From assembly GCA_964016885.1 (NCBI GenBank), contig OZ024741.1:79980001-80044000 (forward strand): a DNA stretch of 64,000 nucleotides, written 5' to 3'. This stretch comes from Eledone cirrhosa. Lineage: Eukaryota. Numbering within the stretch: position 1 is the stretch's first letter; each line of letters begins with the position of its first letter. Below, piece by piece: positions 30,461 to 47,801 of this stretch. Under the pieces are notes generated by a model. It was not told where the DNA came from. It was given only the letters and a program-made list of their open reading frames with translations, and ran no database searches. The translations under genes were made by a program, and so were the position numbers.

Positions 30461-30930
30461 GGTAAGAGGAAATATAAAATTGTGCAACACTAAACGGCCG
30501 CATACCACGAGACCATGCCTCAATTCGAGAGAGAATTTTTGCAACCACTGTCCCCATGTGCAGAAATACAACCTACATCATCTGAAGAACCCTGAATAAT
30601 ACCAGAACTGCCACAATCCACAACCTTTTACTCCACGCTTATTTCTACCCTTCATTGTAAAACTTTCACCTCTATAAAAACTATCGACCGCGAGCCCTGA
30701 TGTTTCAGCTTTCAAGCTTTTCGAAGGGCACTGACTGATCAGAACAAGCTAAGTTTATCTCTTTCTCATACAATTTTAGGAAGCATTGCAGAATGTATAT
30801 ACACTAACCATCGTATCCCATCGCGTAAACCACAAAGAATCGCATGTGCATGCATTAATTCTATAAACTAACAATAAAGTGTAAATAGCAAAGCGTATAG
30901 TGTGTAAGGTTGCAATGTGAGCAGTCATCT

Positions 30931-30990
<60 letters not shown>

Positions 30991-31444
30991 AGTAAAAGAG
31001 CCTTTATGCTGGCTCTCAGCCTATTAGAAACAACAACCAAAACTTCCACAACTTTACCACATATCCTAGCGTATTTTACAAAGAAAAGGACACAGAATGA
31101 TGTGTTTCAAGATACATTATGCCAGCAAATAAGAGCTGTCACGGCCGGAACGCCTTTGATCACAGCACTATTTATAGTACCAGGCTGCTGATCGGGGGTT
31201 AAACAATAACAACATTGAAGGCTGCAGTCATTTCTTTTATCTTATCTTTCTCTTTTCACAATTTTCTCATTACTTCTCGGATGTTAAAATTATTTCTAGA
31301 ATCTTCGCACAGATTCAAATCGGATTAATGGATTACCTTATTAATGGGATTCGATTAATTACATTAGATTATATGAAATGAAGAACTTATATTCCGTTAT
31401 TGTTTTTTTGGGGGTTTTTTTTGTTACTTTTTAAATATTATTTT

Positions 31445-31560
<116 letters not shown>

Positions 31561-32339
31561 TAGATTAAGACTAGCAGCGGCTTATGACTTACTTAATTAC
31601 AAACGAAATACACCAGTTTGATGCCGTAATATATCAAAGCAAGTTAATAATTCTCTGATACTTTACCGTTCCTATCTTTCTCCTGCTGCTAATAGCTTCA
31701 TTCGATCAAGACTGATTGTATGTCACCTGTCTGTCTCTCATCCTTCTTCACCATACTTACCGAAGTCATTTGTTTTGCGTGTTTAATCTTGGAGAGAAGA
31801 GTGGTGTCTATGACTCTTTTGAAAGCCTCCGAGATAGGTGGGAGTGAGGGGGGTATCCTCAAACCAGAGACTTGTCCCGATTGCCTGCAACAGAGTAGAC
31901 TCCACTAAAGGCATGCAAGGGTCAGATGGAGGTGTTAAGCTGGGCAACTTATTAAGTCTACCACCCAAGCATGCTACGGTACGCCACAGTGGTATTTAGA
32001 CACAGAATGAAAAGAACAAATACCATAAAGCATCCCATTCGACTTTCTAATCCACTCTCCTGGACTAATACTATTTACTGACTTCCGAAAGGATAAAAGA
32101 CAAGGTTGACCTCGGTGAGATTTGAACAGGGGCGCAGAGAACCGAAACAAATACCGCAAGACGTTTTGTCCTACGCTCTAACGCTTCTGACAATTGGATT
32201 TCCAGCGAGTAAATAACTAAAAATGACTAAGTAGTATACAATGGCTGGCTCACAGACTATTACTCTCTGGATAGTTAAAATGACGCAAATAACAACAATG
32301 AAAGTAAAATGTTACCTACATAAAGGCTGTGAGACATAC

Positions 32340-32399
32340 CTTGTATTAATAAAGTTAAAATGTTAAACCAGGCTTTAACCTCTTTGTCTAGACAAGAAT
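32340..32399 (-). CDS. Candidate 60-bp internal host exon (phase 1-1), peptide xSCLDKEVKAWFNILTLLIQx
   Basis: Minus strand reads cttttccaatttcactttcAG | 60 nt | GTATGT; open only in the symmetric phase-1 frame; no homology recognised. Confidence 0.3.
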
Positions 32400-33580
32400 C
32401 TGAAAGTGAAATTGGAAAAGCAATGAAATCGTATTTGAATCCATAAAATGAATTTGATGTTTTCCTTTCTATACATTAAAAATAAAATTAATGCCATTTC
32501 GATTTTCAGTTTCAAATACCTTTCTCATGAGTTTTTGTTATTCTATGAAATCCGTTCGATCTCAAAGTGCACAGCTAAGCGAAAATTAATATTATTTCTA
32601 ATATCTATGTTAGAAACCAATATATGTGAGAAATCAATATTATTTATCAATATGACTTTTGCATTATTCATAATCCAGGCCAGAATATGCTAAGCATATT
32701 AATGTATTAACCAGACAGAAACAAAATTCAATACATATAAATTCATCCTTTTACAAATCATAAACATACACGTGTGTGTATTGTGTGTATGCATATTGTG
32801 TGTGTGCATGTCAATATATATATGTGTGTGTGTGTGTGTAAGTGTGTATGCACTTGTGCGTATACGTGTGTGAGGGATACTTATACCTTATCGTTAAGAA
32901 AATATGATATAAGAGAAATCTCAAGCAGATATTTCCTACCCACAGATGGAACATTCGTAAATTGCACAGTGGGGGAATTATGCCAACAATGCCAGAGTGA
33001 GATGTGCCAACTCTGATAAATCTAAGCGATTGGTTGACCTGGTACAAATAGCAGCTAAATCTCTACCTAAACCCGAAGTAGTGTCTAAGCAGAAAAATAA
33101 CATTAGATAATCTAGCCCTACATATCCTTAACCCTCTAGAATTTAAACCGACCATATCCAGCCAGAATTCTCTCACATCTTTGTGTTCAAACCGGCCATA
33201 ACATGCTGATGTTAAGGTATTGTTCTCAAAATAAATAACATCAAAATTTCATAGATTCGATATTACGAGATAATTATGTAAGATAGAGTCTTTACCACAA
33301 AAATACAATAGTATATATAGAGTAATGTAAATACTAAAGGGTTAAATTAATAAGAATACGATGTACATATGTGTGTGTGTTTTTGTATGAGTGTCACCAA
33401 CTTTCCAATAGCTGCCGAACGAAGCAACAATAACATCAGCTTGCTTGGGGAAACTCCGAGTACCTAGGAAGGTATACGCCAATTTGCCATGTATTTTATA
33501 TAATTTAATGTATTACATTTACTTCTATGTTTACATATTGAGGGCTCATTCTTTAGCCGTTACAACCCCACATTCAGGCA

Positions 33581-33689
<109 letters not shown>

Positions 33690-33729
33690 TGTGTGTGCGC
33701 GTGTGTATGTGTGTTTGTGTGTGTGTGTT

Positions 33730-34841
33730 GGTGCTACTGGTAACATGTATCCCAGTACAACCTGTCCCATGGTCGGGTCGTTGGCGACTAAACTGGCAAC
33801 CCCACCAAGGTTTCTTGGTGAGGGGAGTGACTTTGGGCATCCTGCAGGACTAAAAACAAAACCTGTCAAAGGGCAAAGGAGCTCTTAAGAGTCAATGGCC
33901 ATTCAAAATCACCGGGAGAGATGACCCCTTAGCCTTTGTCAAGGCAGAATTCTAGGAGAAGGAAAACTCTGATATAACACCTGCAACCCTGATGGTATCC
34001 AATGATGTTGACTTGGTCTTCTTTTTGGTAAATATCATCTTGGTTAAGAGAGTGGGACTGGCTTTGTGCAGTGCCTTTGCTCACTATAAAAGCTTCACGG
34101 CACAGGCATTGCTTTGTATCTGGAGATCTCTCTGCACTTGTCGTCACATGGTACCATGGGCCCAGCACTATGTGTCAATAATTGTCACAGGTGTAGTGTT
34201 TCTACCAGAGTTTTCAAGTCGCTGGCTGGACTGAAAAGTCACACTCGTTCAGCGCATCGGTAGGGGTTCTCCTACATGGATGTAAAGTAGTCGCCGTGCT
34301 CGAAAGCGAGTTGGCAGCCACCATGTATATACAACGTGTGTTTATGTATATGCATGTATGTATGTGTGTATGTATATATGTGTGTATATGTATATATTGG
34401 GATACATGTCATGGCCATCCAAAATCACCGGGAGAGATGACCCCTTAGCCTTTGTCAAGGCAGAATTCTAGGAGAAGGAAAACTCTGATATAACACCTGC
34501 AACCCTGATGGTATCCAATGATGTTGATTTGTTCTTCTTTTTGGTAAAAATCATCTTGGTTAAGAGAGTGGGACTGGCTTTGTGCAGTGCCTTTGCTCAC
34601 TATAAAAGGTTCACGGCACAGGCATTGCTTTATATCTGGAGATCTCACTGCACTTGTCGTCACATGGTACCATGGGCCCAACACTATGTGTCAGTAATTG
34701 TCACAAGTGTAGTGTTTGTATCAGAGTTTTCAAGTCGCTGGCTGGACTAAAAAGTCACACTCGTTCAGCGCATCGGTAGGGGTTCTCCTACATGGATATA
34801 AAGTAGTGGCCGTACTCGAAAACTAATTGGCAGCCACCATA
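33730..34841 (+). mobile_element. Bipartite (internally deleted) RTE-derived short element plus a 5'-truncated tandem copy (34411-34841)
   Basis: RTE-type 5' UTR motif (…TCTAGGAGAAGGAAAACTCTG…) joined to a 3' end encoding a decayed C2H2 finger [24 protein letters not shown]; 33896-34325 is repeated at 34412-34841. Confidence 0.65.
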
Positions 34842-34926
34842 TACAACGATACATACATATTTATATGTATACTATATAATGTACAATGTATATATAACTT
34901 TATCCATATTACACACATATGTATAT

Positions 34927-35069
<143 letters not shown>

Positions 35070-35076
35070 CACATAC

Positions 35077-35115
<39 letters not shown>

Positions 35116-35130
35116 TATATATACACATAC

Positions 35131-35167
<37 letters not shown>

Positions 35168-35284
35168 TAAAATAACATATTCAAGTTTAAGCAAAGAATC
35201 GCTGCTCTACGGTTCTTATATATTCGATATATATTTATCCTTATCGAGCCCTCTTTGGATTTTAGTCTTCAAATTTATTATTAT

Positions 35285-35325
<41 letters not shown>

Positions 35326-35713
35326 TATATATATATAATTATGTTTACTTTTCATTTCTTTCGGTTATATATATTACAGAGGTTATGTAACCCATTCAGG
35401 AAAAGTGTCTCCACACTTTCGTGCGATGAAATACATCTTTCAAGTTGCAATTGAGTGTAATGACCAAGGTTAAACCTTACATTGTAGTCAGTGGCGGACT
35501 GGGTCTAAAAGTAGATCTGGTTGCCAGATGAAGGGGGCCCACCTACATATAGAATGCTCTCATTTAATTTTTATAAATGAATAAATAACATTTTCGAAAA
35601 ATACATAAGTGTAAACAAAACGGTGCAATCAAATTTTTGCGGAAAAGTATCTTAACTTCTCCAATCAAAAATATTATGTAGTTAGCGAAATCCAGAGACT
35701 TGCAATAATGACC

Positions 35714-36103
35714 AGAAGTCGACCCTAAATATTACTAGTAGCTCTAGGAAAGCCACATCTTTTTAACTTTGATTTTGAAAGTAGGTTTATAAATATCAAT
35801 TGTTATTATACTTTTGTAGCTGTCTCGGTGGCCTAGTTGGAGGAATCATAGACGGTGGTGAACCTTTTCAGTTTTTTTCTATGGGATGTAAAATAAAAAC
35901 TGAAAAAGATTACATGTACCTCTTGACCAGGATTGAACGCAAGGGCAGGACCGCCACCGTATCTAGTACCTACCACTAGTCCACAGAGACAACTACGAAA
36001 ATCATATTAAAATTCATACTTATGAACCTACTTTCAAAATTTTCAAAACACAATGATGTTCATGTCTTTTTTAATGTTATTGCTCCTACTTAAGGTCGAC
36101 TTC
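35714..36103. repeat. Old diverged fold-back with tRNA-like (SINE-head) core
   Basis: Ends agaagtcgacc / ggtcgacttct; inner tttgaaagtaggtt / aacctactttcaaa; GGTGGCCTAGTTGG A-box-like motif. Confidence 0.55.
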
Positions 36104-36307
36104 TACATCCTTGTTTTGTTTCTCATCTATCTAGACTACATTTTAACCTGTAATCCATGTTTCATTTCTGTTCCACCTCATTCCCCACCCCCCTCTCTGT
36201 GATATTTAAATCTACTATGATTTCGGTATACCTTATTCTTATATATATATATATATATGTTTTTTCATGTCAGTTAGATTCAAACTTACAATGATTGGCA
36301 TTATACA

Positions 36308-36389
<82 letters not shown>

Positions 36390-36395
<6 letters not shown>

Positions 36396-36563
36396 TTAAA
36401 ACAATGAAATAAAAATTCAAGTCATTAGAAATATACTTCACTGCTTACATAGATCGCTAACGAAGTATGGTTACGATATAGTATCACCACCTAGAAACGA
36501 TCGTAAAGCAGTGAAGTATATTTCTAATGACTTGAATTTTTATTTCATTGTTTTAACTTATAT
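36390..36563. repeat. Fold-back element containing the 3' half of an HHR (GAAA-CGATCG-TA at 36494-36505)
   Basis: Perfect arms 36390-36446 / 36506-36562. Confidence 0.8.
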
Positions 36564-36699
36564 CATGACTCTGTTTTCCTTTTAATGTTTTATTGTTTTC
36601 CTGGATTTATTTTAACCTACAACATTTTCAACATATGGATTACATTGAGTTCTTCATACAGACTGGACCCCACAATTTACCGTGGATATCTCTGTATGT

Positions 36700-40470
<3,771 letters not shown>

Positions 40471-40523
40471 GAGATATTTAATTTGTTGGTAATTCAACAA
40501 ATTTATTTAAAACAGATTCGAAG

Positions 40524-40596
<73 letters not shown>

Positions 40597-41167
40597 AAAC
40601 ACGGGCTGTTTAGTTGGTGGATAAGGTGTACTTATAAATAAGAGGAAAGCACGAACGAGAGAACATTTTCCTTCATCAGCTGTATGCTGAGGATCATGGA
40701 TATTCCTACTCATTAAAGGTAAGATATCTAACCCAAGTGCGTCAATAGCTAAAGGAAGTTATTGGGGGAAAAGGGCGATATAACACCCCCACTCCACCCC
40801 TCATCTAACCACCCTTCCCCAACTAACATACTAACATCCCTTCCCTCCCCTCTTCTCCTCCTCCCCCTCCTTATCACACGCACACACTTACACCACCCAC
40901 CCCACACGCAACTAACATCACTAACACCCTCCAACCCCACGCACACGTACCCACACACCCTCGTACACCACCAACTCTACACACCCTACCCCCACTAACC
41001 CCCACTCACACCTGCATTCCACCCCTCCCCACCTCCCGTCTACTAACACCCACTAACACCTCCTCACCAAACTACACACACACCAGTACACCACACTCCC
41101 TCCATAGAACCACACACACCCTTCTCTCCCCACTCCACACTCACTCATCCCACTAACACCCCTACTA

Positions 41168-41230
<63 letters not shown>

Positions 41231-42062
41231 CCTCACTCCAACTCTCACACCTACCCATCCTCGCCTCCCTACCATTCCGCTGACTGCTGCTATGCCCTTC
41301 CGACCACTGTCTCAGCACCCACTGACCACAGCATTTCCACTGCTGACCACTTCCTGTTGCGCGCGCACCCCACATCTCTCCTCTTCCGACCACCGCTTCT
41401 TGGATTACCCACACGCGTTTTGACTTCCAACCAAAATCTCCATACATCCGTGTAACTTACCACTTTTCAACCATCCTCTAACACCATCACCTATATAACT
41501 CACCCACACACACATCCCAAAACAAATTTTTTTATCCACACGCCACCCACACCCACAACACGCTTAAACCACACACACGTGCTTCCCACCACATATTTAC
41601 ACCCTCAGCCCCCTGATTCCTCTCCCCCCACCCCCTATCCACACACGCACAGACCCTCCGACACACAAAAACACCCCCCACACACACCTTCCTGAACATG
41701 CAACCCCGTTCTTCCCCCAACCCTCACTTTCACATACACACACACACACACACACGCACACCTAACCACACACACCACCTTCAGCCCTCCCCGCTCGGAC
41801 ACCCCGTCTCCCTCTCCCCACTCCACCCGCCTCCACCTCTACTCACCCCACACCCTTCCACCACCTGTTTACCCCCTTTTAATTTCAGTTTATTTTGATC
41901 ATGCCTTTATTTTTAAATGTTCTCATTCCTTGTATTTTGATCATGCTTTATTTTTATTTATTATTTATTATAATTTTGTCTTTATTTGTTAATTTTTCAT
42001 TCGCACCGTTTCCTTTCGCTATATGTCTCTCCACCACTCCCCTACACACCTTTTGAACTCTT

Positions 42063-42094
42063 ACCCGAAGAAGGGCTTATGCCCGAAACGTCGT
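42063..42094 (+). ncRNA. Minimal hammerhead ribozyme, C4 variant (second copy 46814-46845)
   Basis: ac-CCGAAGA-a gggc ttat gccc-GAAA-CG-TC|gt; stem I is only 2 bp. Confidence 0.65.
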
Positions 42095-42628
42095 CCTCCA
42101 CCTACCCCCCACTCTCCTGAGCGTGAAGCTAATAAACATTTGTCGTACTGCCTCTCTGTTCTGTCCCTGTTCAATTTTTTATTATACAAAACACACGCTC
42201 ACACGGCCTCCATCCTTGGAACTCACTTAACAACCGGCTCAACCCCGATCTAATCCGCCGTGACCTGTCTCCGAACTTTACACACCTTCCCACACTTTGT
42301 CTTTCCTTCCACGCATTACCTCTGTTTGATTTTGTTACCGTACCCCTTTTTTTCCGTATATGATTCTTTGCCTGTGTTCCTACAATTGTATTCCATGATT
42401 TTTTGTTCACGATCGCCTGTGTCATTACCTTTATGATATTTCTATGAATTTTTGTTCACGATCGCCTTTATGATTTTTTGTCTTTAATTTTCCGGTGTTT
42501 ACTCCCTCCCTACGTTTTTCTGGTTCCTTTTCCCATCCCCGTCTCTGCCTATCCTTCGCACTTACCCCTTCGTTCACTCCACCCCGCCCTCTTTTCTCCC
42601 CCCCCCCTGCTTTCACCCAACGCCCATC

Positions 42629-45441
42629 ATGGCCAACCTGAGATCCTTTCTCCACCAACTCCACAATCGCCTCAAACTTTTCCTCACCCCCCTCCTTCCA
42701 CCCTGCTATCTCCCCTCCGCCCTTCAACTCTCCTACCTTCTCTTCGCCAAAACCCGGCACTCCAGCCACATCCATTTCCTCAGCCACTGCCTCCGCCTCC
42801 ACCTTATCCCCCTTGGCTTCCGTCTACACTTCCACCCCTCCCCCGCTGCCTCCCCCTCCGCGCAACGTATCCTCACCCGATCCTCACGCCTTCTGATGCG
42901 CAACTCCATCCGCGCCTCCCGTTCCACCCTCCGCCTACTTGACCACCAACTGACCCCCACCCTCCTCCGCCTTTACTCCACCTGCCACCCCCTCCTCGCC
43001 CAAGCCATCCTCTCCTTCATCCACAACCTCAACCACAACCTCTTCTCGTTCCTCAGCTCCACCAAAGCCCGCAAGCTACACTCACTCCTCCCACCCCCAC
43101 ACACCCCACACCCCATCCACCACCACCCGCCCATCCCCATACGCCCACCACTCCCCACCTCTCCCCCGACCGCCACCCCCACCCAATCTCCACCCCTCAC
43201 CACACCCTCCCTTCCCTCCCTTAACACCCAAACCCCACCCCTTGTTGTCACCATACCCCCTGACCTCCCCCTCTCCGCACCTGAGCGCTCACTCCTTAGT
43301 AGAGGCCTTCGCTTCATACCCCACACTCCGCTCAGCGACGAGTTCCGCACCCGAACGGAAGTCGAGCGATTCGTGCGACGCACTAAGCTACAGGCACATT
43401 TCGGTCAAACGCCACCGGCTCCGGACGCCCCAGACCCGTTTCTCGCCCTGGGCCGACGACCATCTTCTTGGACGCCGGCCCCAGGGCAATTTAGCACCCT
43501 GGACGCCTTCGTCGATGCCAGCCGTAGCGCAGTAAATCGTTTCGACTTCCGCCACCGTTCCAAACGGCACAACATCTCACGGGGCGAACTCCTCGCTCTC
43601 CGCTCCCTCCGTAGCCGAGATGACATCGTCATCAAACCGGCGGACAAGGGAGGCGCCGTGGTGGTATGGCGCGTGGACCTCTACAGGGCCGAAGCCCTCA
43701 GGCAGCTCTGTAACCCCCTCTTTTACCGCCCGCTACCCTCCGATCCCACCCCCCTCTACCAACAACAAGTCTCCTCCACCATCAAAGACCTTATCGCCTC
43801 CTCCCTCCTCCCCCCACCGCTTCCCACCTCATCGTCCGCACACCTCGCACCCCCACCATCTACTTCCTCCCCAAACTCCACAAACCCGACAACCCCGGCC
43901 GTCCCATCGTCTCCGCTTGCAACTGCCCCACCGAACTCATCTCCGCCTTTCTCGACTCCCTCCTCGCCCCCCTTGTCACCACCCTCCCCTCCCACATCTC
44001 TGACACCAACCACGCCCTGCGCCTTTTCGACTCCTTCACCTACCTACCCGGCCCTCAGCCATTCCTCTTCACCCTAGACATCAAGTCCCTCTATACCGTC
44101 ATCCCCCACGCCGACGGCCTTCGCGCCCTCAAACACTACCTCGACCTTCGCCCCTCCCCCATTCCCTCCACCCCCACCCTCCTTCGCCTCGCCGAGCTGG
44201 TCCTCACCCTAAATTGTTTCTCCTTCTCGGGTGAGTTTTACCAACAGGTCACGGGGGTAGCCATGGGCACAAGAATGGGCCCGAACTATGCCAACCTTTT
44301 TGTTGGCCATGTTGAGGCCCAAATCTTTGCCCAGTACACCGGCCCCACGCCCGAACTGTACGGTCGTTACATTGACGACTGTATCGGAGCCACGACCCTC
44401 ACCCGAGTACAGCTCGACTCCTTTCTCTCCTTCTTCTGCTCCTTCCACCCCTCCCTCCACTTCACCACCTCTATCTCCACCACCCACGTCCACTTCTTGG
44501 ACATCTCCGTCGCCTTCGACCCCTCCCACCACTCCCTCGTCACCTCCGCCTTCTTCAAACCCACCGACTCCCACTCTTACCTCGACTTCACCTCTTCCCA
44601 CCCCACCCACACTAAACTCTCCATTCCCTACTCCCAACTTCTCAGGATCCGCCGCCTCTGTAGCCGAGATGCTGACTTCGAGTCCCAAGCCCTTTCCCTA
44701 GTCAGCCATTTCATCCGCAGAGGTTACCCCCCCTCTCTCGTCCACACCGCTCTCACCCGCGCCCGTGCTATCCCCCGCTCTACCACCCTCACCCCACGCC
44801 ACCGCACACCCACCCACCGTCTCCCCTTCCCCATCACCTACCACCCCTCCACCGCACCCCTCCACCGCACCATCCGCCGCCTCTTCCGACACCTCCAGTC
44901 CGACCCCTCCACCTCCCACATCTTCCCAACCCCACCACTCCCCTCCTTCATACGCGCACGCAATCTCCGCACCCTCCTCGTCCACGGCTCCCTACCCCCC
45001 AACCCACGCTCCGTCCCCCCCCCCGGTTCCTTCCCCGGTTCTAGGCCCCGCTGCAACACCTGTCCCCACATCACCAACACCACCACCTTCCAGGGTCCCA
45101 ACGGCCACCCTCTCTCGGTCCGGCATGCCTTCCGCTGCACCTCCTCCAACCTAGTCTATGGACTTCGTTGCACGAGGTGCAGCGCGACTTATGTCGGACA
45201 GACGGGACGCCGCCTGGCGGACCGAGTCACGGAGCACCTCCGGGACATTCGTCTCGGGGGCAGTTCCCCCATCGCCAGCCACTTTGGTGGCCCTGGACAC
45301 TCCGCACACCATCTCACAGTCTGTGGCCTACTCCAGTGCCACGGAACACCCGCCCATCGCCTCACGGTCGAACAACGTACTATCTTCATCTTACAGACCC
45401 ACACCCCACCCGGCCTGAACTCCCCACCCTTATTCCTTTAG
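42629..45441 (+). CDS. PLE RT + Zn-linker + GIY-YIG polyprotein (~937 aa if one C is restored in the homopolymer at 43810-43815)
   Basis: IVIKPADKGGAVV; after the -1 slip, YFLPKLHKPDNPGRPIVS..LFTLDIKSLYT..GVAMGTRMGPNYANLF..RYIDD..HFLD..FKPTDSHSYL; RPRCNTC..CTSSNLVYGLRCTRCSATYVGQT..EH. Confidence 0.92.
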
Positions 45442-45916
45442 CGTTCGACCGCCCCCCTCCCCCACTTATCCCCCACTAACACCACTAACACACCCCTCCT
45501 TTTCACCGCCCACCCCACACTAACAATACTAACACCCCCACTCCACCCCTCATCTAACCACCCTTCCCCAACTAACATACTAACATCCCTTCCCTCCCCT
45601 CTTCTCCTCCTCCCCCTCCTTATCACACGCACACACTTACACCACCCACCCCACACGCAACTAACATCACTAACACCCTCCAACCCCACGCACACGTACC
45701 CACACACCCTCGTACACCACCAACTCTACACACCCTACCCCCACTAACCCCCACTCACACCTGCATTCCACCCCTCCCCACCTCCCGTCTACTAACACCC
45801 ACTAACACCTCCTCACCAAACTACACACACACCAGTACACCACACTCCCTCCATAGAACCACACACACCCTTCTCTCCCCACTCCACACTCACTCATCCC
45901 ACTAACACCCCTACTA

Positions 45917-45977
<61 letters not shown>

Positions 45978-46930
45978 CCTCACTCCAACTCTCACACCTA
46001 CCCATCCTCGCCTCCCTACCATTCCGCTGACTGCTGCTATGCCCTTCCGACCACTGTCTCAGCACCCACTGACCACAGCACTTCCACTGCTGACCACTTC
46101 CTGTTGCGCGCGCACCCCCACATCTCTCCTCTTCCGACCACCGCTTCTTGGATTACCCACACGCGTTTTGACTTCCAACCAAAATCTCCATACATCCGTG
46201 TAACTTACCACTTTTCAACCATCCTCTAACACCATCACCTATATAACTCACCCACACACACATCCCAAAACAAATTTTTTTATCCACACGCCACCCACAC
46301 CCACAACACGCTTAAACCACACACACGTGCTTCCCACCACATATTTACACCCTCAGCCCCCTGATTCCTCTCCCCCCACCCCCTATCCACACACGCACAG
46401 ACCCTCCGACACACAAAAACACCCCCCACACACACCTTCCTGAACATGCAACCCCGTTCTTCCCCCAACCCTCACTTTCACATACACACACACACACACA
46501 CACACGCACACCTAACCACACACACCACCTTCAGCCCTCCCCGCTCGGACACCCCGTCTCCCTCTCCCCACTCCACCCGCCTCCACCTCTACTCACCCCA
46601 CACCCTTCCACCACCTGTTTACCCCCCTTTTAATTTCAGTTTATTTTGATCATGCCTTTATTTTTAAATGTTCTCATTCCTTGTATTTTAATCATGCTTT
46701 ATTTTTATTTATTATTTATTATAATTTTGTCTTTATTTGTTAATTTTTCATTCGCACCGTTTCCTTTCGCTATATGTCTCTCCACCACTCCCCTACACAC
46801 CTTTTGAACTCTTACCCGAAGAAGGGCTTATGCCTGAAACGTCGTCCTCCACCTACCCCCCACTCTCCTGAGCGTGAAGCTAATAAACATTTGTCGTACT
46901 GCCTCTCTGTTCTGTCCCTGTTCAATTTTT

Positions 46931-47005
<75 letters not shown>

Positions 47006-47120
47006 AAAATTACCTATTATATATATATATGAAAATGTTCCTATTACCCACTCTACTACCCTAAGTATTGAGTACTTTGGTGCGTTATGGTCCACCTGGT
47101 TCCTTACCACATTTCCTTCG

Positions 47121-47185
<65 letters not shown>

Positions 47186-47188
<3 letters not shown>

Positions 47189-47801
47189 GAGATAAGCCTC
47201 TGTATAATCAGCTCCTGATTATTTACTAGAATTCTATAAGAATATAACATCAGTAATCTCAGTAGACAGGAGGGGTAGTTAGCCTTGATAAGCTTCAACA
47301 AAAGCGAAACAAGGCCCTTGTCGGCTTATCTCCTCTGTTTGCTGAGATTAAAGTAAGTGAATTTGTCACTACTCTAAAACAATAGCATACGGTCTTCAAA
47401 ATGCTTTTAATTAAGCATAAAGTGTATTGCAAAATACATTATATATACATCCATATATATATTGCTATTTCAGAGCTCCAATTCTAATTTTTAATTTCTG
47501 CCTGACTAACAATCACTCTGTATAATCAGCTCCTGGTTATTTACTAGAATTCTATAAGAATATAACATCAGTAATCTCAGTAGACAGGGGGGGTATTTAG
47601 CCTTGATAAGCTTCAACAAAAGCGAAATAAGGCCCTTGTCGGCTTATCTCCTCTGTTTGCTGAGATTAAAGTAAGTGAATTTGTCACTACTCTAAAACAA
47701 TAGCATACGGTCTTCAAATTGCTTTTAATTAAGCATAAAGTGTATTGCAAAATACATTATATATACATCCATATATATATATTGCTATTTCAGAGCTCCA
47801 A

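Larger units (their letters stand above)
40781..46936 (+). mobile_element. Young Neptune-like PLE with ~1.4-kb direct pseudo-LTRs (40781-42186 and 45530-46936)
   Basis: Near-identical direct repeats flanking an RT-GIY-YIG ORF; HHR and AATAAA near each repeat end; 3' end runs into (TA)n. Confidence 0.95.

Noticed and set aside
40660-40690. CTGATGA-ag-GAAA on the minus strand (similar CTGAGGA-act-GAAA at 22082)
   Set aside because: No stem II and no convincing stem I.
42431-45479. Numerous Pro-rich and Gly/Arg-rich overlapping ORFs
   Set aside because: Shadows of the C-rich PLE ORF; stop codons are rare because of base composition.
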